From Porphyridium purpureum (taxonomy: Eukaryota): 64,000 bases of DNA. The notes beneath the pieces were generated by a model that was not told the origin of the DNA, did not search any database, and saw nothing but the letters and a program-made list of their open reading frames with translations. The stretch spans positions 806,001-870,000 of the forward strand of contig VRMN01000008.1 of the NCBI GenBank assembly GCA_008690995.1, written 5' to 3'. Shown here one piece after another: positions 25,101 through 35,090 of this stretch. The translations under genes and the position numbers were made by a program. Position 1 is the stretch's first letter; each line of letters begins with the position of its first letter.

Positions 25101-26293
25101 ACATTGGAAACTTCTCCGGCTGTTTCCAATACTGACCCGTCTGCTAGGGTCACATGATCTCTCTTCCACGACGCCTTATGCTTCAGGCCGTCGGATTTCA
25201 GCACAAAGTCCACGCTCATGAAGTTGTCCGTCGCGCCACTGTCAATCAAAAACGTGGCCTCTCCATCGGACTTGTGCACTTTTCCTCGAACTCGAAGAAG
25301 CATGGCAGCTCCCATCCCTCCAAGTTCCTTGATCACGGGCTGATTTGCGCTCGAGTTTCGCCCACAAGGTTTCGGACAGCCAGACCTTGGCTTACCAAGG
25401 CCACCACAGCGGTCTTCATTGCCGCCCCTAGAGGTCTCGTAACGTCTGCGAGCCTCCTTTCCCTCTGACTGTCCGAGGAACCTCTTTACTCGAGCTCCTC
25501 GTTTTTTTGACTCCAGCGAGTCTCCCTCCAGCTGCTGGATAGTCTTCCTTGCCTCGGGACACTTCCTCGCGATGTGTCCCGGCCTTCCACAATTCCAGCA
25601 TTTGAGCTCGGTACGAACACGCCTCTGACCCTGCACATGTCCCAGCTCCATCGGGACGGGTCCTTCCTGCGCTGCACGACCGAAAAATGGCGTCCTCACA
25701 CTTGAATCACGCACGCCGCGGGTCGCATGAATGGCGTCGTCCACGACCACCGCCACCTGCGCAGCCTCCGCGAACGTACTCACTCCTCGCTTGTACACTT
25801 CCAAGCGGACCTCGGGCTTCAGACCCCTCACAAAGCGGTCCATCATTTCTGCGTCCGACAAGTCCGGAATCACAAGTGCCGCGTCCTGAAAAGCCGCCAC
25901 ATACGCATGGGCCGGGCCTTTCTGCGAAAGACGCGTCAACTTGTCCCTTGCACGCCTGATCGAATCCTGCGGCGTGAACCGAGCACTCACGAGGGCAGCA
26001 AAATCATTCCACGTCGTGGGGATCTCCTGCGGGTAGCGCTCGCAGTTCAGAACCCACCAATGAAGCGCCTCTCCCTCGAAATAGTCTGATGCCAGGTCCA
26101 CAGCACGCCTCTCCGCAAGCAGACGTTTCTCCAAATCGTCCGGGTGGATGCTCTCCGACAGCCGGCCCAAGATCTTCTTTCTCGCCTGGAACAACCACGT
26201 CTTCACAACCAGAAGGTCACGCTTCCCGTCGAACCTCATCAGACGGGCCTCCTTCGGGCCACGTGGTCCCAGCGTCTCCGAATCAATCTCCAT
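22109..26293 (-). CDS. Gag-Pol polyprotein (Gag, CCHC knuckle, PR, RT, RH, IN), 1394 aa, no chromodomain
   Basis: PMELG and CWNCGRPGHIARKC; LIDSGATDNF; YLDD; RH; HHCC and DDE integrase; GPY/F-like C-terminus. Confidence 0.97.
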   Translation of the reverse strand: MEIDSETLGPRGPKEARLMRFDGKRDLLVVKTWLFQARKKILGRLSESIHPDDLEKRLLAERRAVDLASDYFEGEALHWWVLNCERYPQEIPTTWNDFAALVSARFTPQDSIRRARDKLTRLSQKGPAHAYVAAFQDAALVIPDLSDAEMMDRFVRGLKPEVRLEVYKRGVSTFAEAAQVAVVVDDAIHATRGVRDSSVRTPFFGRAAQEGPVPMELGHVQGQRRVRTELKCWNCGRPGHIARKCPEARKTIQQLEGDSLESKKRGARVKRFLGQSEGKEARRRYETSRGGNEDRCGGLGKPRSGCPKPCGRNSSANQPVIKELGGMGAAMLLRVRGKVHKSDGEATFLIDSGATDNFMSVDFVLKSDGLKHKASWKRDHVTLADGSVLETAGEVSNVKFELSDGYSGTATFAICRIAGQDAILGMEWLKRENPVIDWQSGMLAYGEKKAWSMTQMLVPRKELRRLLKSQEVEECYLGVLKGREEPCSVERKGDDSVRKMLKDFENLFEEPRGLPESRTVEHVIRLKDEKPVRVGRVYRLSPAELKVLRETLDDLLDKGFIQPSQSPFGAPVLFVKKKDGSMRMCVDYRALNDATVKDRYPLPNMDELLDRLGAAHCFSKLDLASGYHQLRVRREDVPKTAFQTRYGQFEFRVMPFGLCNAPATFQRAMNELFADLLDKTVIVYLDDILVFTKDRQSHAEVLKEVLSRLQKAGYRLKRKKCSFFVSEVEYLGNIVGNGCVKMDPRKVEALRDWPVPKTVTELRSFLGMTNWFRRFVKGYSTVVAPLTSLLQNAKSKKQLIELGDEGKSAFEKIVGMLTEAPVLALPDPEKPFEVYTDRSEVAVGGWLAQEGRPVAFTSRKLLDRETRYSSYEGELMAVIHCLREFRPYLFGAKFVLHTDHEALKHLMTQKELNGRQARWLDFLAEFDITIDYVKGKSNVVADALSRKPELHALEYQVRCDEFGAGFQAFVGSYSSDPDFGPLMGDLPTHQGFRTEAGLLYLRNRVCVPRKFRERVMQLHHDIPTAGHRGADTTYASLITRFYWPKMKRDVSRFVKTCHACQVTKSENRSFGKLKPLSIPEGPWVDISMDFVTELPRSEGSCDAIMTVVDRYSKMALFIPTRKDLTAKRCADLFVKHVVSRFGYPKSIVSDRDPLFTSTFWQQLSKRVGMKLAMSTANHPQTDGQTERVNRVIREMLKLMATNSGWVRDLPLYEFAYNSAPSSATGFAPFKVVYGRDPWFPPSEGWRPARDGQTKDMAEHWFRLCKVHEEVRDNLIEAQGRMQKFFDRSKDAREFQVGDQVLVTAPQLRPNKSDLAAPKFLGPVPVIEKVSSHAYRVVLPEGVACHDVFPIQHLKPYYGREDYMAGENDEEVPDEMPASDSEPDLLKIIEESDSE

Positions 26294-26860
26294 GCTTTCT
26301 GGACTAAAGCACGCTCAACGACGACAACGACACAAACAGCAAGCCTCCGATGCTCACTTTCTCCAACAGCTGCGCGCACCACGAACGGGCTCGGTCGCCC
26401 TCACGAACACAAACCGACACACGAAGCGGTCCTCTCACGCACACACACGCACAGCAATCTTCTCATGCACGCACAACAAAGCACACAGCAATCCTCCTCT
26501 GTTGCGCTGGATGGGGAGCGGCCCGGGCCTTTGCACTGGGGCGGGGATTATAGATGCGATCTTGTATGGAGGTGTTCGGCGCCTACCTTCGCAAAGGTGG
26601 TCGTGCGACACTAGGATGAATCCTAGTGAAGGCTGACCGTTACGGCTCTTGCCTACTAATACGTGCTAAGGCAGAGAGCGAGTCCGCCGTCAAGGCCTAG
26701 GCCTATCGTACAGCCAAGACTGAGACCCGCTTCCACCCGTCGCACCCTCCGGATCGACTTACTCGAACCCCCTTACCCGCAGACTCTCCCACCCAGGCAA
26801 CCCCAGAGAAACGCTAAGAGAACCTTAGAGCAACCCCAGGTAACCAGCGATGATACCAAA

Positions 26861-27163
26861 TGTTACCAATGCTGTGCCTTTATTCTCTCTCTCTTCTTCC
26901 TCTTCTTACCTCTTCTCTCTCCGAGCAAGACCTGACCGGCTAGTCCGGGCAGGCGCGTCGCCTTTTTATACCCTTACTTCCGCCAGGGACAGCAAGGCGC
27001 CAAGAGAAATGACAATGCAAATGATTGGCATTTCTGCGCGCGTCTAGAAGGTTCTGGAACCTCTAGAAGCTTCTAGAAACGGTTAAACGGTCTACCGGTT
27101 TAACGGCTTACCGGTTTCGGAGTAACCGAACCGTTCTAGGTGACTGGGGTCGAACGGATAACA
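26861..27163 (-). repeat. 5' LTR of the gypsy element
   Basis: Adjacent to the PBS; direct repeat of 21696-21989. Confidence 0.97.
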
Positions 27164-27168
27164 CTGAA

Positions 27169-28700
27169 CGTCGAAGAAAGCAACATCGGCATTGCTGACG
27201 TCCTTCGCGAACGCAAGGGCCATCGTAGTCCTCAAGCTAGCCAAAGATGGTGACTTTTCGTAAGGAAACGGATCTGGTGGTGCTGTTGAGCAGTCACCCG
27301 TCTCGACGCGGCACCCTTTTGTGACGATACAGAACTTTTTTTTTTTTTTGACAGAAATCGCTAGACATGTCAGCGTTCTTTTCAGCGAAGACGGGTAAAG
27401 GTTGACGCTTTAGCCTTCGTTGCAAGTAGCGTTCCTCTTGTGTTCCAAAACCTGCTCACATATTAGTGCACCAAGGGTACGCAGTGCCTCAATCTCTATT
27501 TTGAATGCCTCTCGGCCGTTTGCTGTCATCATGACTTTGCGTGGGTCCAAGCTCTGTGCCACCAGTAGATTGATTGGTTTTGCAGCTTCATTGTAAACAA
27601 GGGCTGTAGCCCTCGACGTTGGTATGGGTGATCCACAAGACACAGCGAGGTTGTCATTGGCCGGGACTTTGCGTTCCGCCTCCTGAATCTTCGCTTGCAC
27701 TGCGGTACCCAAACGCTCTTCCGCCGCTTGTTCCCCGCGGCGATTTGATCCTAGGCCTTAAGCTGGTGAATCTGGTAAGCCAATTCTGCGTGCACTTGGC
27801 CATGCATCTTTCCTCGACTCACCTTTTAATATAGCAATGTATGATTTCATAATTTGTGCCCACGCTGGTCCGTGGCGCGAGTATCCGGTTTTCAAGGCGT
27901 CATCTTGTTCTTGTGTCCCGACAACTCGAGGTCAACGTTCACATATTCCGTTGCGGAGGATGTGCGGTGCTTCCAATGGCTCTGCAGTATGCTCTTTATC
28001 TGCTCGACGCATGCTGGCCGTCTCTGACGATTCTCGAGTGTCATTTCCTCTTGTATCATAATTCTACGTGAGAAGAAGAATCACCTGCTCAACAGGTCCG
28101 CGTAGATGGAGGCCTTATATTGGGAACTACTTTAGCAATGGTTTAAGCTCACTCACCCGCCGTGCTGCGGCTAGACGCAAATCTTCGATTACAAGTGCTC
28201 GTACGTTTAAGCATACGCGTCCTCTATGACGCTCCGAAACGCTCAAACCATCAACGACCGCTGAAGACTACTCGCGGTGCGTACTTTGACATATATCCTT
28301 CATGATCATCACGGCGCTCCCAATAGCCGGCACTGGCTTTCTCTAAACCAATCCGTGGCGTGCCGTGAAGGTCTTCTATCATTTCGGGAGCGACCAAACC
28401 AAGTTACGCGCGGTAGCCTAATAGGCCGCGACAAAAGTAAACAAATCCTCCAGCAGTCCTGCAGGAAAAAGTGGTTCGTGTACCACTTTACTCAAATCTT
28501 GGTGGACATACTCAATTTGTGAGTTTATAATCGGCCAGCGCGCCAAACTTCATGTGCAACAAGAAGCACCCTGAGAGCGTTTTTAAATACGCCATCAAAG
28601 TCATGTCCTTCTTCGCTCTTCACGATCATTCTCTACCGCGCTGAGCCGACATGAACACAGCTAGGATTATCTCGACTGACTTTTCACGTATTATTACAAT
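27169..28700 (-). mobile_element. Decayed Copia-order retrotransposon, IN/RT-start part (continuation of 19670-21695; may extend to ~30100)
   Basis: EIEALRTLGAL matches ELRALTSAGAL, and ATARNLVW...KTFTARH...PVPAIGSAV matches VLARNLPW...TAFEKRF...ELPPFGAGV of the neighbouring pol. Confidence 0.75.
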
Positions 28701-30112
28701 CGTGTCCCAGCCAGAACCCACAGCACGATGTGATAGCAGATACAGTGAACCACACACGCCCGAATTTGTCGGGTCTATGAAGTCGACGGCAATGGTGTCA
28801 TTAAACGCGAGCGCAGACTCAATGTAGGTCGCCCGTTTTCAATCAGTGCGTTGAACGTGTCACAGACAGGCCTCCAACAACGACTGCCACCTGCCGCTGG
28901 AAACTCTCCCTCTCTTTGTATGTTTTTGACTGCCCGCCTTTTCTAACCCTGCTAGGCGACATTTACGATCTATCTCCCCTTTTTGTGCGCATGTCCCTTG
29001 TGCCAGCATATATTAGCGAACCGTTGTGCCCTCAATGGACTGGAAAGCCATTTCATCGCTGAACTATTAACTACATTGCCTGTTGTGACAGGACGCTTAC
29101 CGCCTTTCGCGGGCTTCCGCGTCTACAACTCGCCACGTACAAAATTTGCAAGCGTTGGTATGAAATGTTTCTATTTGTTTCGTACAGAACAATTCCGAAA
29201 GTCGAGTGTCGGACTTACTTGCGACATCCGGAGTCTCGGCAGTGCCGCGATACCCAAATCTCTCTACGAAGGAGTGCACGCCCCCATTCACGGACTCTTA
29301 ATATCTGTGCGAAACGCTGCGTCGTGCTTTGCACCGCGCTCTGCTCTACTTTTCGGATTACCGCATCATGTGTTACGTCTGCACAGCATTAAGATCGCGG
29401 CATCTTATGCTGCTCTGTCTCTTCCCACGTCTCATACCATAATTCCACTATTGAATAAGCATCCGCTCTAGATCGCTTCCTTAAGATTTGAAGGAATGGG
29501 AATGACATCCTTCTTGCAAGGTCACGCTCTGACTTCATGACGAAAGCTTGTTTGGGCTTTTGGTCTTTCTTTTGTTTCTGTACCCTATTCCTCGTATGTG
29601 TTGTGATACCTGCATTGATGCTCAGTGTAGATGTAATCCACAGACAGCTTGAAATCTATTGCTTTCCTCCTTTGCTCAGACCATAGCCTTTTGAGCCAGT
29701 ATGGTATTGTACGTAGTGACCATGCACATGCGACCTCTCACGGATTAGTACTATTTCATACACTCTCATATGCTGCTACAGTCATATACATGCTGTGCTT
29801 CCAACGCGCGTCGGATTCACCGATTTTGTTTTTTTCCCACTTTGTTGTAACGATCTACCCTCTATTGTCATCGAGATTTTTAATCCCTCCTGATAGTTTC
29901 TATAATTACTAAGTCCTAATGACTCAAAAACCAAGCCAATTGGCTTTTCTAGCGTCATGAGAAAGTTGGACAAAGGGGTCTTCTGATTCAGTCGACTCTA
30001 ATTGTTTTATTTTCAAGCAGGGTACCTTCATCAAGAAATGGCGGGAGTCCATACTGAGACTAACAAGGAGACCCGCACTGGAGCCGGGTGGTTGTAATGA
30101 GGCTAATTGCAA

Positions 30113-30545
30113 TGATACTACTACTACGTGTTTACTGTATTGTTACGGTGGAGAGGAAGAGGCAAAGCAAATAGGACCAACTTTACCTCCAACACACTAA
30201 CTTCTCTCTTACCCTTTCTTAGATCGGGTCGCGCTCTGCGCCGCTCTTACCTCGCCGCTTATATATCCTCGCAGACGCGCAAACGACGGCGACGACAACA
30301 AGGTACAGCAGGTCGGTGGGGCGGTGTATACACGGTTCAACCACGCGCCCCCCAGCGCCACACCCGCCGTGCAATCAGCCTCGCCGGGCAACTACCCGCC
30401 AATCATTCAGATCAATTTTTCATTTGATGTTTCCTTCGCGCCTTGCGCGTCTCACCAATCCTTAACCCGGACGCCACGACCACGGCGCGCCAGCGTGACC
30501 ACCAGCAGAACGTGTGCGGAAAAACATAACCACGATCACACGCCA
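30113..30545 (-). repeat. 3' LTR (inner boundary approximate)
   Basis: First ~215 bp are about 80% identical to 45387-45602, include a TATATAA box on the minus strand, and are followed by a polypyrimidine (PPT) tract. Confidence 0.75.
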
Positions 30546-30623
30546 AAGATTTCCTTTCCTCTTCTTCCTTGTTCTTTTCCTTTTTCTTTTTGACCTTACT
30601 CGCACCTGGGGTAATAGCCGTGA

Positions 30624-33600
30624 CTATTTTCCACAGTGTGCAGCACCTGTGGATAGTGTCAACGAATAGAGACCCCACGCGAAAGCATGACTGCGAAACT
30701 TGTCCGTGGGCAGAGGCTTCGTAAGCCCGTCTGCCAGATTCGCTCGCGTCGGGACATGACATATCTCAATAATTCCATCGGCGACAGTCTCGTGCAACCA
30801 CCGGATCGAGATGTGCTGCATTTTGGAGACGTGTGACAGCTTATCGCTGTGCTCGCGAGCTATGGCGCGCAACGCGGCCTCGTTATCCACGAACAGCCGC
30901 ACCCGCGGCCACGAGCAGCTCATTTCCTCGAGGTGCATACCCAAAGGGAAGACGCAACCTTGTGCCGCGCCGTGTGCGGCCACCAGCTCTGCCTCTGCGG
31001 TGCTCGTCGACACGCGCCGCTGCTTGCGGCTTACCCAATCGACCAAGTGCCGAACCTTGCCAACACCGAAGAACGCGGCCGCGCCGCTCACAGACCCAGC
31101 GACGGCGAAGTCTGCATCGCTGAACACGACGACTTCAGGGCACCCGCAAACTATCGGAATTTCGTACTGCAGGTGCACGTCCACGTGCTTGCGCAGGTAG
31201 CCAAGGATTTCTGACAGCGCCTTCGTTGCTGCATCGTCCCACCGGTGCACGAATCTTGCCACATGCGCGACGCTCATGGCCAGATCTGGCCGCGCCGTGC
31301 GGGTGAGCCAAAGCAGCTGCCCGAGTGATCCTTGAACCCACGCTGGACACATCTGTCCACGAGCGTCTCCACTTGCCTCGACGCGCTCTGACAATGGATT
31401 GGAGCGTTCGCGCGTAATGCGATCGCGCGCGCACTCAACTATATGCTGAGCGTAGCTCGACGAATCCAAAACCCAGTAACCGCCATCGCTGTACAGGTGT
31501 GATCCCAGAAAGCTAATTGGCTTTTCCTTGCTGCTCTCTGACAGCAACTCGACCGGGCGAGTAATTTTGAAAATCTTTCTAAAGTCCTTCACAGCATCGG
31601 CGACATCATTCTTGTGACCGAAACATGCGCCGTCGTCGACGTACATGCTCAAAACTACCGTGCGCCCGCTCGCACCGCGTTTCATGTACTGATTCAAATC
31701 CGCTTGACTCTCGCGCCATTCATATGACAAAAGTAACTTGCGCGCGTGGTGCGCGAAGTCGCTGCCGGCGCGCGGCAGCCCACACAAGGCTCGCGGCAGT
31801 GGCACCACGGGATCTTCGAGACCCTCGACCTTGTGCCATTCTTCGCCACTGACCGACCCACGCAGAAAGCGCCGAAGCCCGCGAACTACACCGAACGTGG
31901 GAGGTCCGCCAAGCTTCGCGCTCGTGTACGCGCAGTCAATGTCAAAGAATGCACCGTCTGCGTCGGAGCCGGAGCGCAACAGCGCGCTCGACATTGCCGC
32001 GCGTATGGCCGCAAGACCCGGTGGCTTGTCGAAGGCAAATCCTTCGTCGACAGCCCTATGGCCACGTGAGTCCTCGATATGACAGCCTTGAGCCACGATG
32101 CGGGCTTTTACTTTGTGGAACTCCGGGGGCATCTCGCGATTTTTGACGCTCATTAAGAGCTTCAGCTTGATGAAACGCGCGCCGGGTGTCCTGGCAGCCA
32201 CAGCCCGCTCCACTGTCTTCTCGAAAGGCAGCGCGCCCGCGCTCGTGAGGGCGCGCAGCTCTGCGTGCAACGCAGTGATGCCGCTCTGTGTCTCCAACAC
32301 GCTTCCCGTGTCCACGACCTCGATCACATTGACCTGCGCCGCAGTCAATTCTCGCAGCCGCGCTGCTGCAGCCGCGGGTTTTCTACCGCGCATAAAGAAC
32401 GCCGGGGCGCTCAATATCTCCTTCCATTTTTGTCCGGAATGTTCCTCGTCGGACGGCATCGCGCGCAGAAGAGCCTCGTCTTCTTCCTCGGACCACGGTA
32501 ACTGCATGCGTTTGTATGTACCTTGACGCACCGCAACTGCTTCACGTAGCTCGCCGTCCGCATTCCGCGGGCACACGCACCGGTCTCTTGCGCACCCTGC
32601 ACTCGCTGAATGTGCGGCACGCGCCGCGGTGCCGAACACGCATCTATCGCAGTCTATGTTACCGCGACACACTTTTCGGCACCGAGAACACCACTCCAGA
32701 TCTTCATCACGCACACTGACACGCTCCAGGAAACTTGGGTCGTTGTTGTGTAGCTCAGCTTCTCTTTCGCGCAAACCCATGCCCCGCACTGGCCAAATGC
32801 CATCCAGCATGCGCCACTCTTTCACTCTGCGCACGGCAGCAAAACGAAGATCATCCTTGGGTACGACAAGTACATTGATATGCTCGCGCTCATCTAGTGG
32901 ATCCGGGACGGTGAAGCCTACGACGATTGCCACGATGCCCGAAGTGCCGAATTTCATGTGCGACTCGTCATACACAACGACGCCAGCGCCGAAGGGGGGA
33001 AGTTCTCTTTTCCACTCACGCTTAAAACGCTTCTCGAACGCCGTCTGCCGCGCCGTACGGCCTTTCCACGGTAAGTTTCTGGCCAAAACCCAATACTTGA
33101 CAGCAGATGCGTACCATCGGTACGGCAGACCGCTTTGCACAAGCAGGGCACGAACCCCGGCGTTCACATCAGCATGCATCCGCTCGTGGGACGCATGCGT
33201 ATTTGCGCGATATGCAACTCCTACGTCCTTTTGCACAAGGTGAGAGTGCAACGCCTCCTCAAATGATCCTTTAAATTCGCTGCCCTCGTCACACCGCAAA
33301 ACTCTCGGCCAGCCCCTTCCGCGCTGAATTTCCATGAACGCTTCCAGGACACTCTCCGCCGACTTATCGCAGACGCCTTGGAAGGACCACCAGTTCGTGG
33401 CGATGTCTCTGTGTGACAGCAAATATCGGTTTCCGTCGACACCCGGAATGGTCGGGTCGACGAGATCAACTGAAACACGGTCGTTGAAACGGGCACGTAG
33501 ATCCTCTTCATCGCACCTTTCGCGAGGCACGTCATCGACACTTCCCACGCGCTCAACGCGTCGCACGGCCGATGCCCTCCGGATTTTTGCCAGCGCGCAT

Positions 33601-34769
33601 ATCCGACAGCCTTCACGAGTGGGCATGTGGAGTATTTCATGCGCCACCGCGCTCATGCCAGTGCTTGTTTTATCTGGCGCCGCCACGGCGGTGTTCAGCT
33701 GTACTCCATCAATCGTAAGGCACATGCTGCGTGACCTCATCCAATCGAGGCCTATCACCAGCGGGTGGTGTCCATCGTAGACAACCACATTATGCTTACG
33801 TTCGATCAGGCCATGCATTCCCAGCGTCACCACTGCACATCCACGCGTCGGTGCCATACTTCCATCGGCTAGCCGTACACGGCTCACGGTGCGGGGCACC
33901 AAGTCATGCTTTCCCACACTGGCTTCGCGACATGCGGCCACGCTCAAAAACGTGTGCGACGCTCCTGTATCCATGATAGCCGGGATCACGATGCCGTTTA
34001 CTCGCGCGTCGATCTTGATGAGACCAGCGTGGCTGACTCCAATCGATGCGGTAAGCAGCTCTGCAGCAGGATCTGTTGCACTCGGCTTGGCACGAAACCT
34101 GGTCAGCAACGGCTCAAGCGCGGGCCCTTCTTCCCTGGGGCGTGCCGGCGAAGAGTCTTCGGCTTCATCCTCACTACTCCACACCCAGGGATCGCTGCCA
34201 TAGCGGTCTTGCCCTGTGTCTCCGGTCATCTGATCATACATTTCCGATTCTTCGCGGAAATCTTCCGCCACGCCGTCATACCAGGAATCCGACCGTTCTT
34301 CCGACTTTGACGTTGCAGGTACCGCGCCCTGCGGAATGACGTTGATGGTGCCCAAATCCGCCTCGCGCGAGTCACGCTGACATTTGTGGTTTACTGGCTG
34401 ATTATGACCGCATTCAAAGCAATAATGGCGGAGTTCTGCACGCGTGGTCGCACGCGTTCGCTCGGTTTCACGCCGTCGACTCGCGCCTTGTCCATTGCCG
34501 AAAGGCACGCCTCGACTCCCGTCGTTATCGCGGCTATATCGCCCGCGTTCGGGAACCCGCGGCACGCTAGTATGCGCACGTGCGCGCGAATCGGTGTGTG
34601 GCTCACCGCGTGGGCCATCATTAGATCCGCTTGCGGCGTAGCTGCCACGGAAAGTGTTCGAAAAGCGCCGGCTGCGACGACGAGTAGCAGAGTTTACCGG
34701 ACTACGTCCAGTAAGATTACTACCACCGCGCCGACTGCTGTTGCCGCCCCCACTACCGTGACCGCGAAC
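30624..34769 (-). CDS. 3' part of the interrupted Gag-Pol: Zn knuckle, protease, integrase, Cys cluster + Myb-like domain, Copia-type RT, RNase H
   Basis: CFECGHNQPVNHKC; IMDTGASHTF...IGLDWM; H-x3-H...CRIC, VDLVD, RCDEGSEF, HERMH; KARIVAQG, DIDCAY, MYVDD; FSDADFA, STAEAEL, VDNEAA, NLADGLTK. The first 24 codons of the track ORF are transposon sequence. Confidence 0.93.
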   Translation of the reverse strand, partial: VRGHGSGGGNSSRRGGSNLTGRSPVNSATRRRSRRFSNTFRGSYAASGSNDGPRGEPHTDSRARAHTSVPRVPERGRYSRDNDGSRGVPFGNGQGASRRRETERTRATTRAELRHYCFECGHNQPVNHKCQRDSREADLGTINVIPQGAVPATSKSEERSDSWYDGVAEDFREESEMYDQMTGDTGQDRYGSDPWVWSSEDEAEDSSPARPREEGPALEPLLTRFRAKPSATDPAAELLTASIGVSHAGLIKIDARVNGIVIPAIMDTGASHTFLSVAACREASVGKHDLVPRTVSRVRLADGSMAPTRGCAVVTLGMHGLIERKHNVVVYDGHHPLVIGLDWMRSRSMCLTIDGVQLNTAVAAPDKTSTGMSAVAHEILHMPTREGCRICALAKIRRASAVRRVERVGSVDDVPRERCDEEDLRARFNDRVSVDLVDPTIPGVDGNRYLLSHRDIATNWWSFQGVCDKSAESVLEAFMEIQRGRGWPRVLRCDEGSEFKGSFEEALHSHLVQKDVGVAYRANTHASHERMHADVNAGVRALLVQSGLPYRWYASAVKYWVLARNLPWKGRTARQTAFEKRFKREWKRELPPFGAGVVVYDESHMKFGTSGIVAIVVGFTVPDPLDEREHINVLVVPKDDLRFAAVRRVKEWRMLDGIWPVRGMGLREREAELHNNDPSFLERVSVRDEDLEWCSRCRKVCRGNIDCDRCVFGTAARAAHSASAGCARDRCVCPRNADGELREAVAVRQGTYKRMQLPWSEEEDEALLRAMPSDEEHSGQKWKEILSAPAFFMRGRKPAAAAARLRELTAAQVNVIEVVDTGSVLETQSGITALHAELRALTSAGALPFEKTVERAVAARTPGARFIKLKLLMSVKNREMPPEFHKVKARIVAQGCHIEDSRGHRAVDEGFAFDKPPGLAAIRAAMSSALLRSGSDADGAFFDIDCAYTSAKLGGPPTFGVVRGLRRFLRGSVSGEEWHKVEGLEDPVVPLPRALCGLPRAGSDFAHHARKLLLSYEWRESQADLNQYMKRGASGRTVVLSMYVDDGACFGHKNDVADAVKDFRKIFKITRPVELLSESSKEKPISFLGSHLYSDGGYWVLDSSSYAQHIVECARDRITRERSNPLSERVEASGDARGQMCPAWVQGSLGQLLWLTRTARPDLAMSVAHVARFVHRWDDAATKALSEILGYLRKHVDVHLQYEIPIVCGCPEVVVFSDADFAVAGSVSGAAAFFGVGKVRHLVDWVSRKQRRVSTSTAEAELVAAHGAAQGCVFPLGMHLEEMSCSWPRVRLFVDNEAALRAIAREHSDKLSHVSKMQHISIRWLHETVADGIIEICHVPTRANLADGLTKPLPTDKFRSHAFAWGLYSLTLSTGAAHCGK

Positions 34770-34794
34770 CGCAGTCCGTGTGCTAAATGGCAAA

Positions 34795-35050
34795 AAAACG
34801 CCCGGAAAAACTCTTGGAAAAACTCCTTGCAGTGTCAGCACGAAAAGTACAGTGCTTTTTCCATTGTCTGTCTTTTCTGAGAAAACTCTAATAATAAATG
34901 GCAGAAAAACTCGTGGAAAATCTGTTCAGCCGCTGTCCTTTCAGAATAGTAGAGTGATCTGAGGTATTTCAAACGCATCTTCGTGAATTTTGGAAAAACG
35001 TTTCTTGTACGAATTGAAAAACTCGGAGAAAAACAGCCGGAAAAAGCATG
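34795..35050. repeat. Left subterminal repeats (GGAAAAACTC variants)
   Basis: About 8-9 degenerate copies visible; the same motif occurs in both orientations at 43998-44117. Confidence 0.85.
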
Positions 35051-35090
35051 GGACTCGCGTGAAAGGGGAAGTGATTCGTGTACCGCAACT

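Larger units (their letters stand above)
21696..27163 (-). mobile_element. Full-length Ty3/gypsy LTR retrotransposon
   Basis: LTRs at 21696-21989 and 26861-27163 (TG...CA) with 5-bp TSD CTGAA on both sides. PBS TGGTATCA (tRNA-iMet 3' end) at 26851-26858 and PPT at 21990-22002. Confidence 0.97.

Noticed and set aside
22238..26089. Numerous plus-strand ORFs over the gypsy element (and similar short ORFs elsewhere)
   Set aside because: Antisense or alternative-frame shadows of long GC-rich coding regions.
34770..34841. Track start of the 1405-aa ORF as a real N-terminus
   Set aside because: These codons are the transposon's TIR and subterminal repeats; the true N-terminus is at ~45090.
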